NCBI GenBank assembly: GCA_050952625.1
Contig: JBMNLH010000003.1
Span: forward strand, 119,429 to 183,428
DNA length: 64,000 nt
Direction: 5' to 3'
From: Bacillota bacterium
GTDB lineage: Bacteria; Bacillota; Ch66; Ch109
Shown here: one piece after another, positions 9,932 to 21,769 of the stretch
Position numbering within the stretch: the stretch's first letter is position 1
How the letters are laid out: each line of letters begins with the position of its first letter
Notes under the pieces: model-generated
What the model saw: only the letters and a program-made list of their open reading frames with translations
What the model was told of the DNA's origin: nothing
The model's database searches: none
Made by a program: the position numbers and the translations under genes

Positions 9932-10270
9932 TAGATAGGCAATATTATCGAAGCTATCGCCTTTGGCGGGCAAATACGAGCACTGGTTGAACAGTTGAAA
10001 GAACTCGAGACGAGAGAAGCCATCCTTGAAGCTAGGCTCCACGAATGGCGTCGCAGGCATGAACATAATTCTTTTTCCAAGGATGATATAATCACTTACC
10101 TTCGTGCCTAAGGATAACTGCTACATTCTGACGATCCCGTCTAGGTCAAGCAAGTAATCGAACGGTTCATCAAAAAGTGACTGTAATGCCCGATTTTATT
10201 GAAATCACCTTCAAGGTGACGGTGGATACAAATGGTGGAGGTGAGGGGAGTCGAACCCCTGTCCGAAAGA
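9932..10270 (+). pseudogene. C-terminal remnant of a large serine recombinase (integrase) reading into the ssrA 3' end
   Basis: Hand translation IGNIIEAIAFGGQIRALVEQLKELE...VIERFIKK/VTVMPDFIEITFKVTVDTNGGGEGSRTP, with several stops and one frameshift. Confidence 0.65.
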
Positions 10271-10617
10271 CTGACCACAGCAGCTTCTCCGAGTGCAGTC
10301 TGCGTATTGTTCTTCGCTCCACTTGGCATTTCAGCGCGTTGGCCGAAATCCTCCTAGTACGCTGCCCACAGACGGGCTACGCTGGAGCTATCTCGATAGA
10401 CTTCGCCGCCCGGCCTCCGAGAATTGGCCGCTGGCTAGCCTGCTAAATGACGCCCTGGCCCCGAATCACAGGCAAACCCAGGCAGGACGTAGCTGCTCTA
10501 GGCAGCTAATGCGTAGTTTTCGTTTGCAGTTATAAATTGTCCACCGTTTAACGGGCTAGTGGGATCCCGACTCGCTGCCACTGCCATCAATTCCCCCGTC
10601 GAAACCATTACACCCCC
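10233..10617 (-). ncRNA. ssrA: tmRNA; tag peptide (A)ANENYALAA at 10527-10498
   Basis: 5' GGGGGTGTAATGGTTTCGAC; 3' GGTTCGACTCCCCTCACCTCCACCA with G3.U wobble; tag ORF; adjacent to smpB. Confidence 0.97.
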
Positions 10618-10827
10618 AAGTTAAACTGTCTTTCCTATTGGGTTCAAATTATCTCATGATTATTATAACATAGATCATTTCTCAATAGCTAATAGCAAAA
10701 AAGCTGTAAGTTTCCCACGAGCAAACACTAGCCGATAGTTAAACCTTTTAGCGTTTATTTACTGACCTCTGCTTTCTCTTTTCAGCGGTATTGTTATTAG
10801 CCTATATAAATATAAACAAGCTCTTTT

Positions 10828-11310
10828 CTAAAAACCCTTTTCCCGTTCTCGAACAGCCCGCTGGATCTCCCGCTGAGCATCTCGGGTAGCGATGTCTTCC
10901 CGTTTATCGTGCAGTTTTTTCCCTCTGGCCAGTGCCAGTTGAATCTTGGCTCGGCCACGCTTAAAATATATCCGCAGGGGAATCAAGGTCATCCCCTTAA
11001 GCTGCACCTTGCCGAACAGGCGATTAATTTCCGAACGGTGCAGCAGCAATTTTCGGGGACGTTTGGGTTCATGATTGAAGCGATTTCCCTGTTCAAAAGG
11101 GCTGATATGCAGATTAACCACATAGACCTCGCCATCCCGCACCTCCGCATAACTGTCCCGGAGGTTAGCCTTGCCCGCTCTTAGTGATTTAACCTCAGTC
11201 CCCACCAGGACAATCCCGGCTTCGACAGTTTCTTCAATGTGGTAGTCGTGGCGGGCTTTCCGATTGTCAGCTACCTGCTTAATCGCTTCTTTATTAGTTG
11301 TACCAGCCAT
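10828..11310 (-). CDS. smpB: SsrA-binding protein
   Basis: [32 protein letters not shown]; ATG at 11310 after GGAAGGGG RBS. Confidence 0.97.
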   Translation of the reverse strand: MAGTTNKEAIKQVADNRKARHDYHIEETVEAGIVLVGTEVKSLRAGKANLRDSYAEVRDGEVYVVNLHISPFEQGNRFNHEPKRPRKLLLHRSEINRLFGKVQLKGMTLIPLRIYFKRGRAKIQLALARGKKLHDKREDIATRDAQREIQRAVREREKGF

Positions 11311-11363
11311 CAAGACTACCCCTTCCCTGGTAATTATTGGACAAAGACGCAAGTGGCCTTATA

Positions 11364-11392
11364 ATTATACTCGCGACATCCCCCAGTGTCAA
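11364..11392 (-). promoter_or_regulatory. sigmaA promoter of smpB
   Basis: TTGACA-N17-TATAAT, perfect consensus. Confidence 0.8.
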
Positions 11393-11403
11393 TCCGTATT
11401 TAT

Positions 11404-11453
11404 CTAAATCAGAAAACTCCCAATTTTATAAGTGGGGGTTAAAACGAGTTCAC
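11404..11453 (+). repeat. IS200/IS605-type end-hairpin remnant (related copies at 13975-14020 and, inverted, 35826-35859)
   Basis: Shared CTRAAYCARAARACTYCCACTTYTATAAGTGGGG-like motif; this copy ends GTTCAC. Confidence 0.5.
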
Positions 11454-11503
11454 TGCTAGGATTAAACCACTGCCAGGATAAACCTAAGATTTAATACTAT
11501 TAA

Positions 11504-13861
11504 CTAGACCAGTTCAAAATCCACTTGCCGCTGCTCAACGCTAACTCGCACTACCTCTACTTCCACCTCATCCCCAATCCGATACTGCCGGCGCGTCCGT
11601 TCGCCAATCAAAGAAGGAGGACTGTCTACATAAATATAGTAATCATCTTCAATCGAGGCCACATGAACCAGGCCTTCGACCAAATTCTCCAGTTCCACGA
11701 ACATCCCGAAAGGAGTTACCCCAGAAACAATCCCCGGAAAAATCTCTCCTACATGCTGTAGCATGTATTCAACCTTCTTCATATCCACGCTTTCCCGTTC
11801 GGCTTCCTCGGCTTTCCGCTCCCGTTCTGACGCCTCGTCCGCAATTTGCGGCAGCATGGGGGCCAGTCGGTTCAAAACTTCCTTACGGGAAGGAGTGCTG
11901 TTTTCGGCCGCGATCTCCCAATTAAGATTTTCTGCACCGGCCGCTTTTTTTCTACCCTTCACTGTTAATCTGCCCTTACTATTACTGACGTAATAATCGG
12001 AGTCATTTGCCCGAATTCCCAGATCAGTGGCCGACTGCTTGTTCCCAACGGCTTCCATTTCGACCCTCACCTGGTTAAGGTCCGGCCTTGGCCGCCACGC
12101 GCTGGGGAAAAAGAATCCTTCCGCTGGCAGAGAAGCCTGCAGAATGCGGTGGACGATCAGGTCCGGATAACGCCGAATCGGCGAAGTAAAATGAGTATAG
12201 TACTTCACAGCCAGCCCAAAATGTCCCAAGGGAGTCGGGTCGTAGCGAGCGTGCCGCATTGAGCGCAGCAGCAGAGTATTGATCACCCGTTCCTCCCGCC
12301 GGCCTTCTACCCGCTTTAACAACTGCTGAAAAACACGGGTGTGTATTTTCCCGAGCCGGGGCAGGGTATACCCAAGGGCCTGCAAGGACCGGTTCATTTC
12401 TTCCAGTTTATCTGATTCCGGCTCCTCGTGGACCCGGTACATTCCTGGCAGTTCCTGAATGTGCAGGTGCCAGGCGACTGTCTCGTTGGCCGCCAGCATA
12501 AACTCCTCAATAATCTCATCAGCAATGGACCGCGGATAGCGGTATAAATCAATCGGCCGACCATCGTCGTCTAAGCCTACCTTACACTCCGGCAGGTCAA
12601 AATCGAGGGCCCCCCGGTCAACGCGACGTTCCCGAAGAATTTTGGCTAATTGCTCCATCCGGCGGAAATCCTCTACCAGGTTATGATAGCGTTCCAACAT
12701 TGCCGGATCTTTATCCACCAAGATCTGGCGCACCGCGGTATAGGTCATTCGCTCCACCGTTCGAATCACCGAGGGAAAAATGCTGTAGGCTGTCCTTTCA
12801 CCTGTTTCATCTAGTTCCATGAAGACAGAGAGAGTCAGCCGGTCTACTTGCGGATTAAGACTGCAGATGCCGTTAGATAGTTCCGGCGGCAGCATGGGAA
12901 TAACCCGGTCTACCAGATAGACACTGGTTCCCCGGTGCATTGCCTCCACATCCACCGGGCTGCCGGACCGAACGTAGTAAGCCACATCAGCAATATGTAC
13001 TCCCAACAGATAATGGCCGTTCGGTAAGATTTCAATCGAAACAGCGTCATCCAGGTCCTTAGCATCTGCTCCATCAATAGTCACAATTGACAGATGGCGC
13101 AGGTCATAGCGGCCTTCGAGATCTTCCGGCCTAACCGTTGTCGGCACCCACTGGACCTCCCGCAGCACCTTTTTCGGAAATTCTTCCGGCAGATCATATT
13201 TGCGAATGATTGAGAGCACATCAACGCCAGGGCTGCCCTTGGCCCCCAGTACTTCAACAACGCGGCCTTCCGGGTTTCGCCGCTGTTCTGGCCAACGAGT
13301 TAATTCTACGACCACCTTATCGCCGGACCGGGCCATCCCGGCATCTTCCCGGGAAACGTAGACGTCCCAATTAATTCGGGCTTCATCCGGCACCACTATT
13401 CCCAAGCGTCCATGCCGCTGGTAGGTCCCGACCAGTCGTCGGCTGCCCCGTTCTAAGATGCGAATAATCTCTCCCTCGGGGTGTCCCTTTTCCGTGGTCC
13501 CGCGAACCCGCACCTGCACTCGGTCCTGGTGCATTGCCCCGTTTAGGTCTTCCGGCCGGATATAAATATCGCGGACCGGTTCACTTGCCGGTTTATCACC
13601 GCTCACCTCGGGGAGGACAAAACCAAACCCTCGCGGGTGCCCCTGCAACCGGCCGGTAATATAATGCACCTGATCAGGCAGCGCATAACGGCCCTTACGG
13701 GTGACAACGATCTGCCCCTTTTTCTCCAGACGATGCAATAGAGCCATGAATTTGGCTGTACGGTCAACCTTTAATTCCCGAGCCAGCTGTTCGGCGGTCA
13801 TCGGGCGGTAATCGGGTTCATGCATATACTCTAATAATTGTTCCTTGTTAACTATACTCAA
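11504..13861 (-). CDS. rnr: Ribonuclease R
   Basis: TIDGADAKDLDDA, HFTSPIRRYPDL, C-terminal S1 domain; smpB synteny. Confidence 0.96.
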   Translation of the reverse strand: MSIVNKEQLLEYMHEPDYRPMTAEQLARELKVDRTAKFMALLHRLEKKGQIVVTRKGRYALPDQVHYITGRLQGHPRGFGFVLPEVSGDKPASEPVRDIYIRPEDLNGAMHQDRVQVRVRGTTEKGHPEGEIIRILERGSRRLVGTYQRHGRLGIVVPDEARINWDVYVSREDAGMARSGDKVVVELTRWPEQRRNPEGRVVEVLGAKGSPGVDVLSIIRKYDLPEEFPKKVLREVQWVPTTVRPEDLEGRYDLRHLSIVTIDGADAKDLDDAVSIEILPNGHYLLGVHIADVAYYVRSGSPVDVEAMHRGTSVYLVDRVIPMLPPELSNGICSLNPQVDRLTLSVFMELDETGERTAYSIFPSVIRTVERMTYTAVRQILVDKDPAMLERYHNLVEDFRRMEQLAKILRERRVDRGALDFDLPECKVGLDDDGRPIDLYRYPRSIADEIIEEFMLAANETVAWHLHIQELPGMYRVHEEPESDKLEEMNRSLQALGYTLPRLGKIHTRVFQQLLKRVEGRREERVINTLLLRSMRHARYDPTPLGHFGLAVKYYTHFTSPIRRYPDLIVHRILQASLPAEGFFFPSAWRPRPDLNQVRVEMEAVGNKQSATDLGIRANDSDYYVSNSKGRLTVKGRKKAAGAENLNWEIAAENSTPSRKEVLNRLAPMLPQIADEASERERKAEEAERESVDMKKVEYMLQHVGEIFPGIVSGVTPFGMFVELENLVEGLVHVASIEDDYYIYVDSPPSLIGERTRRQYRIGDEVEVEVVRVSVEQRQVDFELV

Positions 13862-14134
13862 TTAATTGACTGCTCCTTTTGTCTCGAGTTTGACAGGACA
13901 CTTATCTAACCCTTGAAAACACCCAAAAACACTGCAAAAAGTCAAAGTTGTTCCTGTATCTCCTTGGACCTAATCTGAATCAAAAGACTCCCACTTTCTA
14001 AAAATTCTAAAAGTAGGGTTACCTTGTTAAAACTTTAGTGGTACCGATTCTCCAGCAAGACTATGGTTGTTTAGGTAATAAACTTACCTTGCCTTGATGT
14101 TTAGTGCAGCTGAACGAATTCACTTAAAGAAGAC

Positions 14135-14689
14135 CTATAAACCCAGTTTATCAGCAATCCCCTGCATGGCCTCCAGACTTAAGCCCAGGAACTCTTCCAG
14201 AGAGAGACCCAATTCCGTACAGGTTCGAATCTGATCTCGGTTCGCGCCGCGGGCAAATGATTTCTCCTTCATCCGTTTTAACAAAAACGGGACGTCAATC
14301 GCCTGCAGGCTTTTCTCTTTTTTGATCAAGGCTCCGGCCACAATCAAGCCAGTGGTTGGATCAGTGGCCAAAAGGGCTTGGTCAATCCGCTGCTCTCGTG
14401 GGGAAAGGTGGTACTCATTATGGGCTTTGACTGCTCTGACAATCTCTGCGGGATAACCCTTCTTAGCTAGTATTTCGCTGCCCAAGATGCCATGGCGTGC
14501 CGGGTCATCCTTGGTCTGGTCATAGTCAATATCATGAAGTAAACCTACCAGCCCCCAGCTATCCTCATCTTCGCCAAAATGGCGGGCTAGTCGGCGCATC
14601 ACCGCCTCCGCCGCCAGCATATGATTAATCAGGTTCTCTCCACTAACCTGTTCACATAGCAACTTATAGGCTTCATCTCTGGATACCAT
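14135..14689 (-). CDS. HDIG-domain metal-dependent phosphohydrolase
   Basis: GLLHDIDY, KEKSFARGANRDQI. Confidence 0.85.
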   Translation of the reverse strand: MVSRDEAYKLLCEQVSGENLINHMLAAEAVMRRLARHFGEDEDSWGLVGLLHDIDYDQTKDDPARHGILGSEILAKKGYPAEIVRAVKAHNEYHLSPREQRIDQALLATDPTTGLIVAGALIKKEKSLQAIDVPFLLKRMKEKSFARGANRDQIRTCTELGLSLEEFLGLSLEAMQGIADKLGL

Positions 14690-14765
14690 TTATATATATA
14701 CCCCCTAAGTTTGCTCTATATTTATTGTTGACGATATATTACGTCTTCAGTCACAAGACCGCTTA

Positions 14766-15578
14766 CTAGTTATCCCTTTGGATCAGCTCCTGCACCGCCT
14801 GGAAGACAGTCTCTTTTTCCGACCCTAGCGTTAATAAATGAGGGGCTCTTTCCAGCCACAGCAGTTTCTTATCCCAGCTGCCCAAATTTTGGTAAATAAA
14901 CTCACCGCTATCTGGCCGCACAGTTTCATCAGCCAATGATTGAACCACCAAAGCTGGTACTTTGACCTGAGCGGCCTTCGCCTTTACCTCCCGAATCAGC
15001 CGCAACAAATTAGTTATTCCGCGAAGCGGCATTTTAGGATATGAAAACCGCAAGGCATTAGCCGCTTCCGGGGAAATACTGTCATAATCTTGGGGTGAAG
15101 ACGATAAAAACCGCTGCAAGAAAGGGTATATTTGCTCCTTCTGAATACGCAGGGCAATCGGAGAATTCAAGGTAACCACCCCGGCCACGCCCCCCGACGC
15201 TTGCCCTTGCTTGGCTTCTTCCTCAGCCGCGGCAAGCAATAGACAAAGTAGCCCCCCCATAGAGAGGCCAATTAGATAAATGCGGTCCACCGACTCCCCC
15301 CGCAGCCGCGTAAGTCCTTGGGCCGCACTGTTCAGCCAATCCGTCCATTTGGTCCGGGCCAATTCCTCAACCGAGGTCCCGTGACCGGCTAGTAATGGAG
15401 CCCAGACAGTATAACCCTGATTTGCCAAATACTCTCCCAAGGGCCGCAATTCAGGCGGTGAGCCGGTAAAACCGTGAACCAACAGGCAACCAATGTGGTT
15501 ACCGCGATAATAATAGGGCTGTGCCTTGGGATGTACTCCTGGAATAATAATTTCCGACAATCTTGATTGATCTTGCAT
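14766..15578 (-). CDS. Carboxylesterase (Est/YvaK-like alpha/beta hydrolase)
   Basis: HGFTGSP, GLSMGG nucleophile elbow; secG-est-rnr synteny. Confidence 0.9.
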   Translation of the reverse strand: MQDQSRLSEIIIPGVHPKAQPYYYRGNHIGCLLVHGFTGSPPELRPLGEYLANQGYTVWAPLLAGHGTSVEELARTKWTDWLNSAAQGLTRLRGESVDRIYLIGLSMGGLLCLLLAAAEEEAKQGQASGGVAGVVTLNSPIALRIQKEQIYPFLQRFLSSSPQDYDSISPEAANALRFSYPKMPLRGITNLLRLIREVKAKAAQVKVPALVVQSLADETVRPDSGEFIYQNLGSWDKKLLWLERAPHLLTLGSEKETVFQAVQELIQRDN

Positions 15579-15820
15579 AATTATTGTTCCTTTTGTTTTA
15601 GATGTATACGCCGAGAGGATTCGACCATCAACCTGGGATACTTCTTTGGTTCGGATTACACCCAGTCGGAGGAGTTTGACCTCATTCGCTTAGTTCTATG
15701 AATATTGTAGCACTGTTGAGCATATTAATCTATAAATCTACAAAATCGTTAGCAGTTGTTAACCCATATATCTTTCTTTAATAGTATTAATTATTTCTTT
15801 ATACGTGCTACTTCTCGCAA

Positions 15821-15897
15821 CTCATACCTCACACCTCATACCTCACGCCTCACGCCTCACACCTCACACTTTACACCTCACACTTTACACTTTACTC
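15821..15897. repeat. Heptamer tandem repeat, ~11 units
   Basis: CTCATAC/CTCACAC/CTCACGC/TTTACAC units read directly. Confidence 0.9.
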
Positions 15898-16017
15898 GCC
15901 TTACACCATCAAAGCAGAAAAAGTGTTGAGTTTCCCCAACACTTAAACTACGCAAATTAAATTATATTCCTTAAGACTGCTAAAAACTGCTTAAAGACTG
16001 CTTAAAACTGCTTAGAA

Positions 16018-16242
16018 CTAATATATCATAGCTAAAATCATCGTTAGTATAAGAAAAGAAATGGCTAATATGGTGGATATTTTACTAAATAGCTCATCCA
16101 TCCCTTTTTTCTTACCAAAGATCGTTTCAGCCCCACCGGCGATCGCTCCGGACAACCCAGCACTTCTGCCTGACTGAAGCAAAACTGTAGCAATTAGACC
16201 AAGCGACACCAAGATCTGTAAAATAATAAGGACTATTTTCAC
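16018..16242 (-). CDS. secG: Preprotein translocase subunit SecG
   Basis: VLLQSGRSAGLSGAIAGGAE; two TM helices; GTG start after GGAGGTG. Confidence 0.95.
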   Translation of the reverse strand: MKIVLIILQILVSLGLIATVLLQSGRSAGLSGAIAGGAETIFGKKKGMDELFSKISTILAISFLILTMILAMIY

Positions 16243-16619
16243 CAGTTCACCTCCTGCGGTCAATTAGGAAACATATTCCTGTGACTAACCATCCCTACCC
16301 GCTAAGCACATCCACTAGTTGAATGACTGGTTTTTGACCATTGCAATCGCTATAATTATCTTTTTGATTGTAGCACAACAGTCCGGGGAAGGCAAGAATT
16401 AGTGGAACGTGACGAAAACGTGTTTGGTGAAAAACTAGCCCAATTTATCACTAGCTGTTCATTTTCCTTATGGATAAATATCTCAACAAAATGTATTGCC
16501 TATTTTTTACAAAACAGATATGGGTTAGCTCTTTATTTGCAATGAAATAAGAGGACGTGGCGGCCTGAGATCAGAATCTAATAAAAGCAATGATCTCGAC
16601 CGCCTATAATTCCCATCCA

Positions 16620-17945
<1,326 letters not shown>

Positions 17946-19488
17946 CTAAGGTATCAGACTCCGGCCGGTCATTTCAACCGGCTGAGGAATTCCTAGCAAA
18001 CGCAGCATCGTTGGCGCAATGTCCTGTAAAGAACCAGTCAATAAGTCTATCCCCCGATATTTAGGATCAACCAAAATAAGCGGGACCGGGTTAGTCGTGT
18101 GGGCGGTACAAGGTTCTCCAGTTTCCGGCTCCCGCATCTCTTCGGCATTTCCGTGGTCCGCGGTGATAATCACTCTCCCGTTTTGCGCTAAGATGGCCCT
18201 CACCACTTGACCAACGCATTCGTCCAAAGCAGTGATGGCTTTAACCGCTGCTTCCATATCCCCGGTATGGCCGACCATATCAGCGTTGGCAAAATTTATA
18301 ATTATTACATCGTAATTATTAGCCTCAATTTCCTGAATAACCCGCGCCGTTACCTCATAGGCACTCATTTCCGGCTGTAAATCATAAGTAGCTACCTTGG
18401 GTGATGGAATTAAAATCCGCTCTTCGCCTGGGTTAGCCGCCTCCACTCCCCCATTAAAGAAAAAGGTAACGTGGGCGTATTTCTCAGTTTCCGCAATCCG
18501 CAGTTGGCGTAAACCATGCTGGGCCAAGACCTCGCCCAGCGTGTTGGTCAGTTTTTGAGGCGGAAAGGCCACAGGTGCCGAGATCGTCACATCATACTGA
18601 GTCAGACAGACAAAATACACCTGAGGCCACTTATGACGAGTAAATCCTGCAAAATCTTGATCCACAAAGGCGCGAGTTATCTCCCGCGCCCGGTCAGCCC
18701 GAAAATTGAAAAAAATAATGGAATCTCCATCCTGGATAAGTCCCCTGGGGTTCCCTTGGCTATCAACGATCACGGTCGGCTCGACGAACTCATCCGTCAC
18801 AGAAGCAGCATAAGACTGCTCAACGGCCCTCGAAGCGGAATCAGCTTTTAACCCTTCTCCCTCAACCAGGGCACGATAATGCTTTTCCACCCGTTCCCAG
18901 CGCTTATCGCGGTCCATCCCCCAGTAACGGCCGCCGAGAGTGGCCAATCTGTCCCAGTCCCAATTCCCGCAGCTTATTCTCCAGGTCGGCAATATATTCA
19001 AGGGCACTGGCCGGCGGTACATCCCGTCCATCCAAAAAGGCATGAATAAAGACCCGTTCCACGCCGGCTTGTTTAGCCATTTCCAGCAATCCGTAAAGGT
19101 GCTGAATATGACTGTGCACCCCGCCATCAGACAGTAATCCCATCAAGTGCAGGGCCGTCTGTTTGTTTGTCACATTCTTGACTGCTTCCAGCAGTACCGG
19201 ATTGGTTGAGAGTTCCCCAGTTCGGACGGCTAAGTCAATCCGGGTCAAATCCTGATAAACGACTCGACCCGCCCCAATATTTAAATGGCCCACTTCGGAA
19301 TTACCCATCTGGCCGGCTGGCAGGCCGACTGCTTCCCCGGAAGTCTCCAGCCGGGTATGGGGATACTCACTTAATAGTCGGCAGTAATTGGGGGTTTTGG
19401 CACAGGTAACCGCATTGCAATCGCTGGGCGGCTCAATCCCCCAGCCATCCAAAATCATTAACATCAAGGGCTGTTTAGTTGTCCCCAA
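17946..19488 (-). CDS. gpmI: 2,3-BPG-independent phosphoglycerate mutase (apparent +1 frameshift at ~18943, probably a sequence error)
   Basis: [33 protein letters not shown]. Removing one G in ATTGGCC joins both ORFs. Confidence 0.93.
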
Positions 19489-19618
19489 TTAACATATCAC
19501 CTCCGATCCTAAAGCCTAAAACCTTGAACCTTAAGCCTTAAAGCTTAATAAACCATCCTGCCACTAAGCGGCACCATCAGGATATGAAAAATCAATCGCA
19601 CCGTGCTTAAACAGTCCC

Positions 19619-20410
19619 TCAACCGGAAGAACCGTCCCTCCGGTTGATGTTTTTAATAATTGCGGCGAATGAATCTGCCTGCAGGCTGGCTCCGCCAACT
19701 AGGGCTCCGTCAATATTCGGTTCAGCCATCAGGGCTTGAATATTATCCGGTTTAACACTACCCCCGTATTGAATCCGGACCTTTTCGCCAGCGGTCTGAC
19801 CAAACTTTTCGGTAATCAATTGACGCAGAAAACGAATCACTTCTTCTGCGTCCTCGGGTGTAGCGTTGCGTCCGGTGCCAATCGCCCAAACCGGTTCATA
19901 GGCAATTACCAGCCCAGCCACCTGCCTTGGGGTTAGCCCGGCTAAACCACGGGTCAACTGGTGCTGACAGACGGAAAAAGTAACCTCTGCCTCGCGTTCG
20001 GCTAGGGTTTCTCCCAAACAAAAGATAGGTGTCAACCCGCCGGCTAGAGCCGCCTTTAACCGGCGGTTAACTGTTTCATCAGTTTCTCCAAAGTACTGAC
20101 GCCGCTCGGAATGACCACAAATAACGTAGCGGCACCCCAAATCTTTAAGCATTGAAGGAGCAATTTCCCCAGTAAAGGCCCCCTCCTCTTCCCAAAATAC
20201 ATTCTGTGCTCCTACCTGCAGGTTGCTGTCTTGAACCGCTTGAATTACTGAATTCAAAGCGGTATAAGGTGGACAAAGAACTATTTCTACTCCATCTATT
20301 CCGGCCACTTGACTGGTCAGTTCCTGGACAAAAGACGCCGCTTCCGCTTGCAGCTTATGCATCTTCCAGTTTGCGGCAATAATTGGGACTCGCAGTTTTT
20401 CCACCCCCAC
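19619..20410 (-). CDS. tpiA: Triosephosphate isomerase (true start probably CTG at 20395 or GTG at 20404/20410)
   Basis: ANWKMH, GHSERR, AYEPVWAIGTG, LVGGASL. Confidence 0.97.
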   Translation of the reverse strand: MGVEKLRVPIIAANWKMHKLQAEAASFVQELTSQVAGIDGVEIVLCPPYTALNSVIQAVQDSNLQVGAQNVFWEEEGAFTGEIAPSMLKDLGCRYVICGHSERRQYFGETDETVNRRLKAALAGGLTPIFCLGETLAEREAEVTFSVCQHQLTRGLAGLTPRQVAGLVIAYEPVWAIGTGRNATPEDAEEVIRFLRQLITEKFGQTAGEKVRIQYGGSVKPDNIQALMAEPNIDGALVGGASLQADSFAAIIKNINRRDGSSG

Positions 20411-21601
20411 TCATTTCGCTGCCAACGCTGCCACGCCCGGCAGCTCCTTCCCTTCGAGAAATTCCAGGGAAGCCCCGCCGCCGGTGGAAATATGGGTGAT
20501 CCGGTCAGCGACTCCGGCTTGTTCAACGGCGGCTACGGAATCACCCCCACCGACCACGGTGACCGCCTCGGCTTCAGCTAATACCCGGGCCAGTGCTTCG
20601 GTTCCACTGGCAAATGGTCTCATTTCAAAGACCCCCATTGGTCCATTCCAGAGAATGGTCCGGCTCTCCCGACAAGCTTCGGCGAACAATTTCACCGTTT
20701 CCGGGCCGATATCCAGAATCATCCAATCCGGTGGAACCTCCTCGGGGCGAACAGTTTTCGTCGGCACCCCCTCTGCCATTTGCTCAGCCACCACCACGTC
20801 TACCGGCAGGAGAAAGCGCACCCCTTCGCGCCCGGCAGTCTCCATTAGATGACGAGCGACCTCCAGATTGTCATCTTCGACCAGGGATTTGCCGACGTTG
20901 ATTCCCCTGGCCTTCAGAAAGGTGTTGGCCATACCGCCACCAACGGCCAGAGTGTCTACTTTGCCTAAAAAATTCTCCAATAGCTTGATTTTATCCGAAA
21001 CCTTAGCCCCCCCGATAATGGCTAATAAAGGCCGGTCCGGGTGCGCCAGTACCTTACTTAAAGCCTCGACTTCTTTCTGCATCAAGAACCCGGCCGCTGC
21101 CGGTAAAAAGGCAGCCATCCCGGCCGTTGAGGCATGGGCCCGGTGAGCTGCACCAAAAGCATCATTCACATAAACATCAGCCAATTCGGCCAGCTGCCGC
21201 GCAAATTCTGGATCATTTTTCTCTTCACCGGGGTAAAAACGAAGGTTTTCCAAAAGGAGAACCTCCCCCGGCTTTAATTGCTCGATCAAGCGTTTTGGTT
21301 CCTCACCAATACAAACATTGGCCTTGACGACTGGTTTACCCAAAAGTTGCGACAGACGCCGCGCCACCTTATCTAATCGATACTTTTCCTTAACCTCTCC
21401 CTTAGGCCGACCAAAGTGACTGGCCAGGATTACCCGGGCTCCTTTCTCCATGAGATATTGAATAGTTGGAAGAGCCGCCCTAATCCGAGTATCGTCAGTA
21501 ATCTCGTTATTATCATCTACTGGCACATTAAAATCAACCCGAACAAAGACCCGTTTCCCGGTAACCTCTAGTTCTTGAACCCCCAGGGGAATACCTGGCA
21601 T
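20411..21601 (-). CDS. pgk: Phosphoglycerate kinase
   Basis: [35 protein letters not shown]. Confidence 0.98.
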   Translation of the reverse strand: MPGIPLGVQELEVTGKRVFVRVDFNVPVDDNNEITDDTRIRAALPTIQYLMEKGARVILASHFGRPKGEVKEKYRLDKVARRLSQLLGKPVVKANVCIGEEPKRLIEQLKPGEVLLLENLRFYPGEEKNDPEFARQLAELADVYVNDAFGAAHRAHASTAGMAAFLPAAAGFLMQKEVEALSKVLAHPDRPLLAIIGGAKVSDKIKLLENFLGKVDTLAVGGGMANTFLKARGINVGKSLVEDDNLEVARHLMETAGREGVRFLLPVDVVVAEQMAEGVPTKTVRPEEVPPDWMILDIGPETVKLFAEACRESRTILWNGPMGVFEMRPFASGTEALARVLAEAEAVTVVGGGDSVAAVEQAGVADRITHISTGGGASLEFLEGKELPGVAALAAK

Positions 21602-21686
21602 CTCATTAATACCTCCATTAGTGCGTATAGTGGAACAATTATTGTTTTAAATATTGTTTTAAACGAGCTAAATTTTAGCTTTGTAA

Positions 21687-21759
21687 CCTAGGTCAGACAT
21701 TAAATTCGTCCGGCGGGCTCAGACAGTAATGCCTGCCGATCCTCAGCCGGTTCTGTTCT
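21687..21759 (-). repeat. Degenerate inverted copy of the core hairpin of the 193-bp element, between gap and pgk
   Basis: Reverse complement AGAACAGAACCGGCTGAGGATCGGCAGGCATTACTGTCTGAGCCC aligns to the unit core AGAACAGAGGCGGCTGAGGATCAGCAGGCATCACTGTCTGAGCCT. Confidence 0.85.
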
Positions 21760-21769
21760 TTAATATTGA

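Noticed and set aside
10177-10535. ORFs 10177-10446, 10293-10535 and 10141-10329 as independent genes
   Set aside because: They overlap the tmRNA; only the first ~30 codons of 10177 belong to the integrase remnant.
15603-15628. tRNA-like fragment (ACGCCGAGAGGATTCGACC)
   Set aside because: No cloverleaf or CCA end; more simply a sigmaH-like -10 (GTCGAAT) upstream of the esterase.
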